DNA of 31,822 nucleotides from Pseudomonadota bacterium (GTDB taxonomy: Bacteria > Bdellovibrionota > Bdellovibrionia > Bdellovibrionales > SG-bin7): assembly GCA_034439715.1 (NCBI GenBank), contig JAWXAY010000088.1:1-31822 (forward strand). Reading direction: 5' to 3'. Under the pieces are notes generated by a model. It was not told the origin of the DNA. It saw only the letters and a list, made by a program, of their open reading frames with translations, and ran no database searches. Shown in pieces: positions 23,357-31,822 of the stretch (its first letter is position 1; each line of letters starts with the position of its first letter). Both the position numbers and the translations under genes were made by a program.

Positions 23357-24304
23357 TTGCGAGTATCTAATTTTGCTTATAAAATTCTAAAAAAAGTTTT
23401 GGCATTGAAGGAGCGCCGTCTCCTTCTGGCAGTATCTGGTGGCCGTGATTCTATGGCCTTGTTACATGTCTTTCACGAATTACAATTAAAACTAAAGCTG
23501 GAGATTGGCGTCGTTCATATTCACCATGGAGCTGGTTCTGGTTTTCGTGATCAGGCGTATGAAATGGTAAAGTGCGAGAGCGAAACCTTGGGACTTCCTT
23601 TTTTTTCAAACACCGGTGAAGGAGGTCGAGAAAAAAATCGCAGCCCAGGGAGTCAGAGCGAGGCCAGTTTGCGGCAATTTCGCCGACATTGGATTGAGCA
23701 CTTTAAACTCAGTGGCGGATTTGAATTGGTGGTTTTCGCTCACCACGAACAGGATCTGCTTGAGACGCGAATGATAAGGCTGGTGCGTGGCACGGGAGCC
23801 CAAGGGCTAAGAGCTATGAGCGAAAAACGGGACGCCCTTTTTCGTCCCTTCTTAACGATTTCAGCTAACGAAATCAGGGACTATGTTGTAAAGAAAAAAA
23901 TTAAATGGATGGACGATCCTTCCAATTTAGACGTTCGGTATTTGAGAAACTGGATGCGGCACGTTTGGTTTCCTCAGCTTTTAAAAATGCGTCCAGGTGG
24001 CCTTGAATCGTTACAGCGCTCTCTCAGTCTCATTTGCGACGAGCTCTCATTAGGCAAAGCCAGCTCAGACTTGTTACCACTCGACGAGTTAGGAATTCAG
24101 AGAGGGCAATTGTTCGCCATGACTGATGCTGAAAAGCGCCGTGTCGTCGCCCGCTACCTCCAAAAGTCAGGGCTAAAAAACTACCGACTTAGGCACGTAG
24201 ACGAAATCATCAAACGCCTTAACACAAGGCAAAAACGCTTTGCCTTTCGTCTGTCTTCGCACCAATGGCGAGTCGATGAAAATCATATTTATATCGTTCG
24301 TTGA
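23357..24304 (+). CDS. tilS: tRNA(Ile)-lysidine synthetase (short form)
   Basis: AVSGGRDS PP-loop, AHHEQDLLET, RGTG, DPSN and RNWMR; upstream of ftsH. Start uncertain (TTG 23357 chosen). Confidence 0.92.
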   Translation: MRVSNFAYKILKKVLALKERRLLLAVSGGRDSMALLHVFHELQLKLKLEIGVVHIHHGAGSGFRDQAYEMVKCESETLGLPFFSNTGEGGREKNRSPGSQSEASLRQFRRHWIEHFKLSGGFELVVFAHHEQDLLETRMIRLVRGTGAQGLRAMSEKRDALFRPFLTISANEIRDYVVKKKIKWMDDPSNLDVRYLRNWMRHVWFPQLLKMRPGGLESLQRSLSLICDELSLGKASSDLLPLDELGIQRGQLFAMTDAEKRRVVARYLQKSGLKNYRLRHVDEIIKRLNTRQKRFAFRLSSHQWRVDENHIYIVR

Positions 24305-24329
24305 GAGTCATAGCTCTCAATGCTATACT
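24301..24329 (+). promoter_or_regulatory. Sigma70 promoter of ftsH (TTGAGA-N17-TATACT, extended -10 TG) overlapped by the inverted repeat TTGAGAG-N6-CTCTCAA
   Basis: Read directly from 24301-24329. Confidence 0.65.
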
Positions 24330-24370
24330 TTCAAAAGAAATATTTAATCTAACTTAACCTAGGATTCACA

Positions 24371-26353
24371 ATGCGTTTTGAACATAAGAGTATGGCCCTT
24401 TGGGTATTAGCGATTGTTCTGTTGCTTATCATTATTCAGGTGTGGGAGCAGGGCCGACAAACCATGGTCGCGGATTTTAGCTACTCGCGATTTGTAGAAG
24501 CGGTTAAAGCCAAAAAAATTAAGAGTGTTTCGTTCTCAGAATCCAGCCACGAAATCAGCGGTGAGATTCGACCCGAATTTGAAAAAGAATTTGGGGGAAA
24601 AAAGTTTCGTATTCCAGGTAACACGGGTGACGAAGGCTACAAAATGATGGTGGCTAACGGCATCACACCTGACTATGACAAATCTGACAGCGGCAATATA
24701 TTATTTACGATATTAGCAAATTTTGTTCCGATCCTGTTGATCATTTTCTTTTTCACCTGGTTACTTAAACAAATTCAAGTGGGCGGCGGTAAGGCCATGA
24801 GTTTTGGTAAGTCGCGAGCCCGTTTGCTTACGGAAAACAAAAAGAAAGTTATGTTTGCCGATGTAGCGGGAGTTGACGAAGCTAAACATGAACTTGAAGA
24901 AATTGTTTTATTTTTAAAGGAACCTAAAAAATACACCAAGCTGGGTGGGAGAATTCCCAAGGGCGTGTTGTTGATTGGGCCTCCTGGTACAGGCAAGACC
25001 TTGCTAGGGCGCGCCGTAGCAGGTGAGGCAGGTGTGCCGTTTTTTACTATTTCTGGTTCTGACTTTGTCGAAATGTTTGTGGGCGTAGGCGCTAGCCGTG
25101 TTCGCGATCTGTTTGAACAGGGCAAGAAACACGCTCCGTGTCTAATTTTTATTGATGAGATCGACGCAGTTGGACGTCATCGAGGCGCGGGTATGGGTGG
25201 TGGACATGATGAGCGTGAGCAAACGCTTAACCAGTTACTCGTCGAAATGGACGGTTTTGAAAGTAATGAAGGTGTTATTTTAATTGCGGCGACAAATAGG
25301 CCAGACGTTTTAGATCCCGCGCTTTTAAGACCGGGTCGATTTGATCGGCGAGTGATCGTCAATAAACCGGACCTCGTTGGGCGGCATAAAATATTAATGG
25401 TACATGCCCGTAAGACGCCACTTTCTTCAGACGTCAATCTTGAAAAAATCGCGCGTGGTACTCCTGGTATGAGCGGTGCTGATTTAGAAAATCTCGTCAA
25501 CGAAGCCGCCCTCATCGCCGCGAGTGAAGACAAATCTAAAATCTCGATGAGTGATCTAGAACGTGCCAAAGACAAGATCATGATGGGAGCAGAAAGAAAA
25601 TCGATGGTCATTGGCGAAGAAGATAAACGCATTACCGCCTATCATGAGGCCGGCCATGCTTTAGTCGGAAAATCAATCCCAGGAATTGACCCAATTCACA
25701 AGGTTACAATTATTCCACGAGGTATGGCGCTTGGGCTCACCCAAACTTTGCCAGAAGAAGAGAGACTCAATCTCTCAAAAACCAAAGCCCACAACATGAT
25801 TGCTTTCCTTTTTGGAGGGCGAGCTGCCGAAGAGTTGGTGTTTCACGATTCCACAACGGGAGCTGGTAACGACATTGAACGTGCTACAGACATCGCGAGA
25901 AAAATGGTTTGTGAGTGGGGTATGAGTGACAAGTTAGGGCCCTTGGCCTATGAAAAAAGCGATAGCCCGGTTTTTGTTGGCATGAACTACGGCGGCAATC
26001 CTCCTAAAGAATATTCTGATCAAAAAGCCCAGGATATTGATAAGGAAGTTTATCTCATAGTGACAACCGGTTACGAAAAAGCCAAAAAAATTCTCAGTGA
26101 AAATATGGATAAGCTAAAGATTATGGCCGAAGCACTTTTAGAATATGAAACTATCGATACGGATGATGTGAATCTTATTTTTAGCGGAGGAAGTCTCGAA
26201 CAGGTGAAAAATCGGCGGGAATCGCGGGCGATAGAAGTTTCAAAAGAGCTGGCCGAGACGGCAGTCAAGGATGAAGAAGACAACAAGGCAAAAAAGAAAG
26301 CACCACAGGGAGGTCGTGATCCGGTAGGAAACTCCGGCCCGGTCACAGCATAA
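24371..26353 (+). CDS. ftsH: ATP-dependent zinc metalloprotease FtsH
   Basis: Two TM helices, [18 protein letters not shown] ([10 protein letters not shown]) and HEAGH. Confidence 0.99.
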   Translation: MRFEHKSMALWVLAIVLLLIIIQVWEQGRQTMVADFSYSRFVEAVKAKKIKSVSFSESSHEISGEIRPEFEKEFGGKKFRIPGNTGDEGYKMMVANGITPDYDKSDSGNILFTILANFVPILLIIFFFTWLLKQIQVGGGKAMSFGKSRARLLTENKKKVMFADVAGVDEAKHELEEIVLFLKEPKKYTKLGGRIPKGVLLIGPPGTGKTLLGRAVAGEAGVPFFTISGSDFVEMFVGVGASRVRDLFEQGKKHAPCLIFIDEIDAVGRHRGAGMGGGHDEREQTLNQLLVEMDGFESNEGVILIAATNRPDVLDPALLRPGRFDRRVIVNKPDLVGRHKILMVHARKTPLSSDVNLEKIARGTPGMSGADLENLVNEAALIAASEDKSKISMSDLERAKDKIMMGAERKSMVIGEEDKRITAYHEAGHALVGKSIPGIDPIHKVTIIPRGMALGLTQTLPEEERLNLSKTKAHNMIAFLFGGRAAEELVFHDSTTGAGNDIERATDIARKMVCEWGMSDKLGPLAYEKSDSPVFVGMNYGGNPPKEYSDQKAQDIDKEVYLIVTTGYEKAKKILSENMDKLKIMAEALLEYETIDTDDVNLIFSGGSLEQVKNRRESRAIEVSKELAETAVKDEEDNKAKKKAPQGGRDPVGNSGPVTA

Positions 26354-26357
26354 GTAT

Positions 26358-27143
26358 TTGGGAACAGGTTTAGAGTTTTTTTCACATTTAAGGACCCTAG
26401 ATTATTTTGACCTCTTGTTGGTATGGGTCGTCCTCTATCAGGCCCTAATTCTCATGCGCCACACAGGTGCTGTTCAAGTTATCTCTGGTATTGGCATTCT
26501 CGCCTTTGGCTATGTCATGAGCTTGTGGCTCAATCTCTACAGCTTTAATTGGCTACTTGAAAAGTTTTTTGAAAATATATTTTTAATCCTGGTCATATTG
26601 TTTCAAGGAGAAATTCGCCGGGCGCTTGCTCATCTCGCTAGTAACCCTTTCTTTAGAGAGACAGCTTCCCTTGAAGAATCTCATGTGGTCGAAGAGCTCT
26701 CTAAGGGGCTCATGATGCTGGCCCAAAAGGGTTATGGTGGTCTTATTGTTATCGAAAGAGATATTGAGCTCGATTATTTTTTAGAAATTGGCACACGTAT
26801 TGATAGCATTATCTCCAGCGAAATTATGGTTTCTTTGTTTCACCCAGAGAGTCCTCTGCATGATGGCGCCGTGGTGGTAAGACACGGGCGCTTTGAGTTT
26901 GGCGGCTGTTTTTTGCCTCTAAGTCGCAATCCCGTGCTCGATAAAAACTTGGGAACTCGTCATCGGGCAGCTATTGGACTTACAGAACAAACAGACGCTA
27001 TTGTTTTCGTAGTGAGCGAAGAGCTACATCGAGTTGGTTTGGTAAAAGGCGGTCAAATGGATCCCGATATAGATCAAACTAAGATTCGCGAAACCCTTTT
27101 TAACTTTTATGGCTTAAAGTCAACTCAAGAGAGAACCACTTAA
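26358..27143 (+). CDS. cdaA: Diadenylate cyclase CdaA/DacA
   Basis: Three N-terminal TM helices, FQGEIRRAL, SPLHDGA, GTRHRAA and VSEE; followed by a YbbR gene and glmM. Confidence 0.93.
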   Translation: MGTGLEFFSHLRTLDYFDLLLVWVVLYQALILMRHTGAVQVISGIGILAFGYVMSLWLNLYSFNWLLEKFFENIFLILVILFQGEIRRALAHLASNPFFRETASLEESHVVEELSKGLMMLAQKGYGGLIVIERDIELDYFLEIGTRIDSIISSEIMVSLFHPESPLHDGAVVVRHGRFEFGGCFLPLSRNPVLDKNLGTRHRAAIGLTEQTDAIVFVVSEELHRVGLVKGGQMDPDIDQTKIRETLFNFYGLKSTQERTT

Positions 27144-27565
27144 TGGATAATATAAAAACCACAGTTAAAGCCAACCTTAAAGATCTCATCACTAAAAATT
27201 TTGGTTATAAAGTTGTGTCTTTTTTGGCGGCTTTGGCGCTTTGGAGTGGTTTTGTAGGGCGAGGGGAATTTATTTTAGATCTCGACCTGGGGGTGAATTA
27301 TCTTTTGCCAAGTGGCATGACGCTTCAGTCGCCCAGCGAAGTTGTTAAGATTAAAATGAAAGGTCCCGAGATGGCCATGAAAAAATACTCACGCCATATT
27401 AAAACGGTCACTATAGATCTCTTTAGTTATTCAACGGGAACTCATCAAGTACGGGTGACACGTAAGCAACTGGAATTGCCGCCGGGAATCCAAATTCTTG
27501 AGGTGAAGCCCGAGTTTCTCGATATCAATTTGGTCAGGCCCAATGGGGTAACTTATGGCAACTAG
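27143..27565 (+). CDS. cdaR: YbbR-domain protein (CdaR-like, single domain)
   Basis: N..YKVVSFLAALALW anchor plus one YbbR-like domain; lies between cdaA and glmM with a TAATG overlap. Confidence 0.8.
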   Translation: MDNIKTTVKANLKDLITKNFGYKVVSFLAALALWSGFVGRGEFILDLDLGVNYLLPSGMTLQSPSEVVKIKMKGPEMAMKKYSRHIKTVTIDLFSYSTGTHQVRVTRKQLELPPGIQILEVKPEFLDINLVRPNGVTYGN

Positions 27566-28931
27566 AAAAAATCGCCTGTTTGGCACTGACGGTATTAGGG
27601 GAAGAGCGAATCAACACCCTATGACTCCAGAAATGGGAGTTAAAATAGGGCAGGCAATTGGATATTGGCTTAAAGAATCCGGCAGCAAAAATATTAGCCA
27701 TAAAGTGTTGATTGGTAAAGATACAAGGCTTTCAGGTTATATGCTAGAGTTGGCTCTGGCGAGCGGGCTGAATTCAATGGGTGTAGATGTTTTATTAGTT
27801 GGACCTTTACCTACTCCTGGAATTGGTTTTCTGGCTAGTAACATGCGGGCTGAGGCCGGCATTGTAATTTCGGCTTCGCATAATCCATTTTATGATAACG
27901 GTATAAAGATTTTTGGTAGAGATGGTTTTAAAATTCAAGATCATGTAGAAGACGAAATAGATCGACTAGTATTTGACACTGATTTAATTAAAAATTTACC
28001 CACTGCCGAAGGCATTGGGCGCTCTCGCCGAATTGACGATAGTCAGGGTCGGTATATCGTTTATACCAAAAGTACTTTTCCATTACAGTACACCCTTGAT
28101 GGCTTGAGAATTGTGCTCGATTGTGCCAATGGCGCTTGCTACAAAGTGGCGCCAGCCGTGTTTCAAGAGCTTGGTGCTGAGCTCGTGGTTTTGGGCGACA
28201 AGCCCAACGGACTCAATATTAATGATAAGTGCGGAGCTCTTTTTCCCCAAAAGATTTGTGAGGCAGTCAAGCATTACCGCGCCGATGTGGGAATTAGCTT
28301 GGATGGTGATGGTGACCGCCTGATCATGTCTGACGAGAAGGGCAATATGATAAATGGGGATCATATTCTAGCCATGTGTGCCTTAGACTTACTAGAGCGG
28401 AAAAAACTCACTGGTAATTCTATCGTCGCCACACACATGAGTAATTTTGGACTCGATAAGCTCATGGAGAAAAACGGTATAAAAGTCATTCGTACCGATG
28501 TCGGTGATAAATACGTGGTCAACCAAATGCGCAAAGATGGCTTTGTTTTGGGCGGTGAGCAGTCGGGGCACATTATTTTTTTGGAGCGATGTACGACTGG
28601 CGATGGCATTATTGCTGCCCTTTCGGTTTTGTCGGTAATGAAACATCGTGGCTTGGCGTTAAGCCAGTTGGATTCGCAAATGATAGACTTGCCGCAAGTT
28701 CTTATAAATATTCGCGTTGCTGTAAAAAAAGATTTGGACACGCTTAAGGAATATAAAAAAGTTTACGAAGAAATTAGTAAGAAACTGGAAGGTAAGGGGC
28801 GGCTATTTGTACGCTATTCTGGTACTGAACCCGTGGTGCGCATTCTTGTCGAAGGGCCAGATAAAGTGGCCATAACCCAGTATGCGGAGCAGTTAGCTCA
28901 ATCCCTTCAAAAAGAGCTCACCGACGCATGA
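27555..28931 (+). CDS. glmM: Phosphoglucosamine mutase
   Basis: FGTDGIRG, VISASHNP, DGDGDR, GGEQSGH and RYSGTEP. Confidence 0.98.
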   Translation: MATRKNRLFGTDGIRGRANQHPMTPEMGVKIGQAIGYWLKESGSKNISHKVLIGKDTRLSGYMLELALASGLNSMGVDVLLVGPLPTPGIGFLASNMRAEAGIVISASHNPFYDNGIKIFGRDGFKIQDHVEDEIDRLVFDTDLIKNLPTAEGIGRSRRIDDSQGRYIVYTKSTFPLQYTLDGLRIVLDCANGACYKVAPAVFQELGAELVVLGDKPNGLNINDKCGALFPQKICEAVKHYRADVGISLDGDGDRLIMSDEKGNMINGDHILAMCALDLLERKKLTGNSIVATHMSNFGLDKLMEKNGIKVIRTDVGDKYVVNQMRKDGFVLGGEQSGHIIFLERCTTGDGIIAALSVLSVMKHRGLALSQLDSQMIDLPQVLINIRVAVKKDLDTLKEYKKVYEEISKKLEGKGRLFVRYSGTEPVVRILVEGPDKVAITQYAEQLAQSLQKELTDA

Positions 28932-28938
28932 GAATAAT

Positions 28939-30450
28939 ATGAGACTAGCCACGATCGATCAGAGTCGCGAGATCGAAAAAATCACTGAAAAAGAGTATTT
29001 GTTGAGCGCTGAAGTACTTATGGAAACCGCTGGCAGTGGAGCGGCACGCGAAATAAATCAGGCCTATTATCCTGAGCTCACCAAGGGTGGAGTCGCGGTC
29101 GTTTGTGGCCCTGGTAATAACGGCGGTGATGCATTGGTGGTTGCCCGACATTTGCATTCAATGGGGCATCGCGATCTCGATGTGTACTTTTTAGCCCCAG
29201 CTAAAAAACGCTCAAAACTTTTTAAGCACCAGCTGAAGCGGGCGGAGTTGATGGGACTCCGTTTGATTGATCTTGAGGCCAACCCCAAAAAAATGGCGGG
29301 CTTGGAATCTGCCAGTCTTATCATTGACGGAGTTTTTGGTATCGGCCTTAAATCTAAAGTGCAAGAACCCTTTGAGACTCTTATAGACTCCATTAATCGC
29401 GCCAGAACGCCGGTCGTGAGTCTTGATGTGCCCTCAGGCCTTGATGCCGACCGCGGATTGGTGCTGGGGAGTTCCGTACGCGCTGAAATGACAGTAACAT
29501 TTGGACTTGGTAAGCCAGGATTCTTTGTGCATGAAGGGCCGCTTCATGTCGGGCGCTTAAGAGTGCTTTCCATTGGCTTTCCGTTTGAACTGCTGAGACG
29601 TGTGGCTGTGACCCACTTTGGTTTTCACGAAAGACTCGCCAGGCGTTATTTGCCCGAGCGAAAAGACACTAGCAATAAATCGGATCATGGCCATTTGCTG
29701 GTAGTGGCAGGATCTAAAAATAGCTGGGGAGCGGGCGTGCTGTGTGCCAATGCCGCCTTCAGAGTGGGCGTTGGTTACGTGACGTTTGCCAGTTTTGAGA
29801 ATCCCAGTACTATCGTGAGCGAAATACCTGAGGTCTATACAGCAAGTCTTTTGGATGCCAAAGTTCTCGAGAATCCCAAGCTTACTGCGATTGCTTTGGG
29901 GCCTGGCTTGGGTGTTAACAGCGAGACTAAAAATCTTATTGTAAAAATAAAAAAAGAAAAACGCGAAAAAGTCGTGTTAGATGCCGACGCCATTACTGTC
30001 TGTGCGCAAGAAAAATTATTTCCGTTGCCAGAGTCGTGGGTTTTGACTCCGCACGCGGGAGAACTTGCCCGCATGTTAAATATCGATAGCCGAGAAATTA
30101 ATAATGACCGGTATCACTATGCACTCGAGGCCAGTCGCATAGCCGGTTGCCATGTTTTGTTAAAAGGCTATCGCAGTATTCTTGCTTTTGGCGAGCGCAC
30201 GATGGTGATTCAGTCAGGTAACGCCGCGCTGGCTAAAGCGGGCACAGGGGATGTCTTGACCGGAATGATTGGGGGCTTTTTAGCGCAGGATTTACCCACA
30301 GTACAGGCGACGGCGACTGCGGCATATCTGCATGGGCGCATGTCCGACGAGTGGGTACGCTCGGGAAGTGATAAGCGATCCCTGCTGGCCAGTGATATCG
30401 GTGCGCATCTCCCCCAACTTATGAATCGAATTGCCAGTGGCACCTTTTAA
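28939..30450 (+). CDS. nnr: Bifunctional NAD(P)HX epimerase/dehydratase
   Basis: LMETAG, GPGNNGGD and DVPSG (YjeF_N); GPGLG, DADA, TPHAGEL and GTGDVLTG (dehydratase). Confidence 0.95.
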   Translation: MRLATIDQSREIEKITEKEYLLSAEVLMETAGSGAAREINQAYYPELTKGGVAVVCGPGNNGGDALVVARHLHSMGHRDLDVYFLAPAKKRSKLFKHQLKRAELMGLRLIDLEANPKKMAGLESASLIIDGVFGIGLKSKVQEPFETLIDSINRARTPVVSLDVPSGLDADRGLVLGSSVRAEMTVTFGLGKPGFFVHEGPLHVGRLRVLSIGFPFELLRRVAVTHFGFHERLARRYLPERKDTSNKSDHGHLLVVAGSKNSWGAGVLCANAAFRVGVGYVTFASFENPSTIVSEIPEVYTASLLDAKVLENPKLTAIALGPGLGVNSETKNLIVKIKKEKREKVVLDADAITVCAQEKLFPLPESWVLTPHAGELARMLNIDSREINNDRYHYALEASRIAGCHVLLKGYRSILAFGERTMVIQSGNAALAKAGTGDVLTGMIGGFLAQDLPTVQATATAAYLHGRMSDEWVRSGSDKRSLLASDIGAHLPQLMNRIASGTF

Positions 30451-30928
30451 ATCTAGATCGATCAAAAAAAATGAAACACTTGATTTTTTGAGTCCGCTTG
30501 AATTTGCGAGTTGGATCCAGACTTTAGGATCTCGTTTTTCTGAACGCTCAGTGGTTTTATTAGAAGGTCAACTGGGTTCTGGTAAAACATTTTTTGTGCA
30601 GGAACTTGTGAAAATTTTTGGTGGCGACGTGGCGACGTCACCTTCATTTGCCATTCACAACCGTTATGAAAGTACTAGAGGACTCATTGATCATATTGAC
30701 CTTTATCGTCTTAATGATTTTGATGATCTAGAATCGACAGGGTTTTGGGATTTATTTTCTGTTCCTAAGGGTTTGATCTTAATTGAATGGGGTGACCGCC
30801 TGCCCGTGGCTGACCTTCCGTTTGATTGGACAGTTTATAAAATTAAAATCGAGATGGGCCCTTTAGATAGTGCTGCGAGCAGCACTTCGAGGGAAGAGCG
30901 ACGAGTGAGTTTGAGTGAGTTTGATTGA
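30431..30928 (+). CDS. tsaE: tRNA threonylcarbamoyladenosine biosynthesis ATPase TsaE
   Basis: GQLGSGKT, SPSFAI, HIDLYRL and LIEW; follows nnr. Start uncertain. Confidence 0.93.
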   Translation: MPVAPFKSRSIKKNETLDFLSPLEFASWIQTLGSRFSERSVVLLEGQLGSGKTFFVQELVKIFGGDVATSPSFAIHNRYESTRGLIDHIDLYRLNDFDDLESTGFWDLFSVPKGLILIEWGDRLPVADLPFDWTVYKIKIEMGPLDSAASSTSREERRVSLSEFD

Positions 30929-31046
30929 GAGGGCATGTCTAAGTGAGACAATCAGTGAGACACTCTCAAATCAAGAAATCTCAAAATTAGAATTTCGTTT
31001 TTAAATCGAATACATCCTTATTACCCACAAAACAAAGCTGATCTGC

Positions 31047-31073
31047 TTACTTTTCCCAGACCTTAGCCGATAA
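31047..31073 (+). promoter_or_regulatory. Sigma28-type promoter (perfect -10 GCCGATAA, weak -35 TTAC)
   Basis: GCCGATAA at 31066-31073, 20 nt upstream of ATG 31094, which has SD AAGGAG. Confidence 0.6.
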
Positions 31074-31093
31074 GACTTATAATATAAGGAGAT

Positions 31094-31666
31094 ATGATGA
31101 ACGTTGGACGTCTAGTTGCGCCAATTCTACTTACCTTGTCAGTTGCCCTTTCAAATACTGGCTGTGGCAAGTTAACGCTCAGTTTACCTCAAGCATCCAC
31201 AATCGTAGATTTTTTGAAAACTGAGATCGTTGTTGGCGGCTCCAACTTAGCTGACGGCATTGCCGAAATGGTCGTAATTATTCATTTAAAAAATTCTGAT
31301 AATACGGTCGTGCCTAACTACAAACCCATGTACCAGGTGACTTCAAGCGCGGGAATAACTGCAGGCGAATGCACGACATCGAGTAACGAAGGCGTATCGG
31401 TGTGTGTTCTGAAATCCACCAGTGCCGGTACTAAAGTTTTAAAACTTACAAATGCGCTGATTGGCTTAGAAAAAATCATAGATTTTCAAGCGTTGGCAGG
31501 CAGTCAAATTTTTGGTGTCGCTTCGGGCGCACGAAAGGGCATGACGACTCCCGCAGGACATAAAATAAATTTGTCGGCTGGCGAATCGCCGAAAGGACAG
31601 AAGTCAGTAACCGCAGGTGGCTATAAAGTTTTTAGTGGCGTTGGCACAACCATGGATTCAATGTGA
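31094..31666 (+). CDS. Lipoprotein with an Ig-like (Big_1/invasin-like) domain
   Basis: Lipobox NTG-C; 'ADG...V.I.LKNSDNTVV...SNEGVS...LKSTSAG' resembles Big_1 domains. Confidence 0.65.
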   Translation: MMNVGRLVAPILLTLSVALSNTGCGKLTLSLPQASTIVDFLKTEIVVGGSNLADGIAEMVVIIHLKNSDNTVVPNYKPMYQVTSSAGITAGECTTSSNEGVSVCVLKSTSAGTKVLKLTNALIGLEKIIDFQALAGSQIFGVASGARKGMTTPAGHKINLSAGESPKGQKSVTAGGYKVFSGVGTTMDSM

Positions 31667-31822
31667 TGAGGAAAACAAAACATATCCTGTACGTATCTGC
31701 TTTCATCTTGTTATTTGGTTTGTGTGCTCAGGCACAAACTTCACCACAGGTAGTGAGTTTGCAGGGACGCATTTTAGATCCCGCGAGCCTCCCACTTGAA
31801 TCCGCCAGCGTGCAATTTACTA
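31666..31822 (+). CDS. 5' end of a secreted protein resembling Bdellovibrio phage-tail-fibre-like adhesins (runs off the window)
   Basis: Not in the track. TGATG coupling; MRKTKHILYVSAFILLFGLCAQA-QTSPQVVSLQGRILDPASLPLESASVQFT. 'QGRI..P...PLE...V.F' is the N-terminal pattern I recall for these fibres. Confidence 0.65.
   Translation, partial: MRKTKHILYVSAFILLFGLCAQAQTSPQVVSLQGRILDPASLPLESASVQFT

Noticed and set aside
24775..30647. Numerous minus-strand ORFs within ftsH, glmM, nnr and tsaE
   Set aside because: Antisense shadows of well-conserved genes.
30903..30922. GAGTGAGTTT tandem duplication at the end of tsaE
   Set aside because: Only two copies, inside coding sequence; no spacers, so not a CRISPR array or meaningful VNTR.

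Overview
Chromosomal, mostly housekeeping window of a Gram-negative bacterium, most likely Bdellovibrionota. This assignment is inferred from gene style: many orphan secreted proteins and lipoproteins, an xNC-type lipobox, a CglB-like vWA lipoprotein, the start of a tail-fibre-like adhesin, and a tilS-ftsH-cdaA-cdaR-glmM-nnr-tsaE cluster. Left part: 5' end of class Ia nrdA, MazG-like pyrophosphatase, gloB, two BFD-type [2Fe-2S] proteins, DHH/DHHA1 phosphoesterase, greA, AsmA-like protein, secreted alpha/beta hydrolase and sohB. Middle: mutM plus lineage-specific envelope or secreted genes (outer-membrane beta-barrel with an EF-hand lipoprotein, lipoproteins, orphan PotD, vWA lipoprotein, CDF transporter, Cys-rich repeat protein). 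Right: c-di-AMP/glmM operon and the start of a fibre-adhesin locus. I saw no rRNA, tRNA, CRISPR array or transposase. The most notable unexplained signals are non-coding: sigma28 promoters whose -10 box lies exactly 7 nt from the ATG (apparently leaderless), a recurrent GTCTCA-N3-TGAGAC motif, two sigma54 promoters, an NrdR-like box that is not at nrdA, and a 72-nt gap-free imperfect inverted repeat. All calls come from reading the sequence by eye; no database searches were run.
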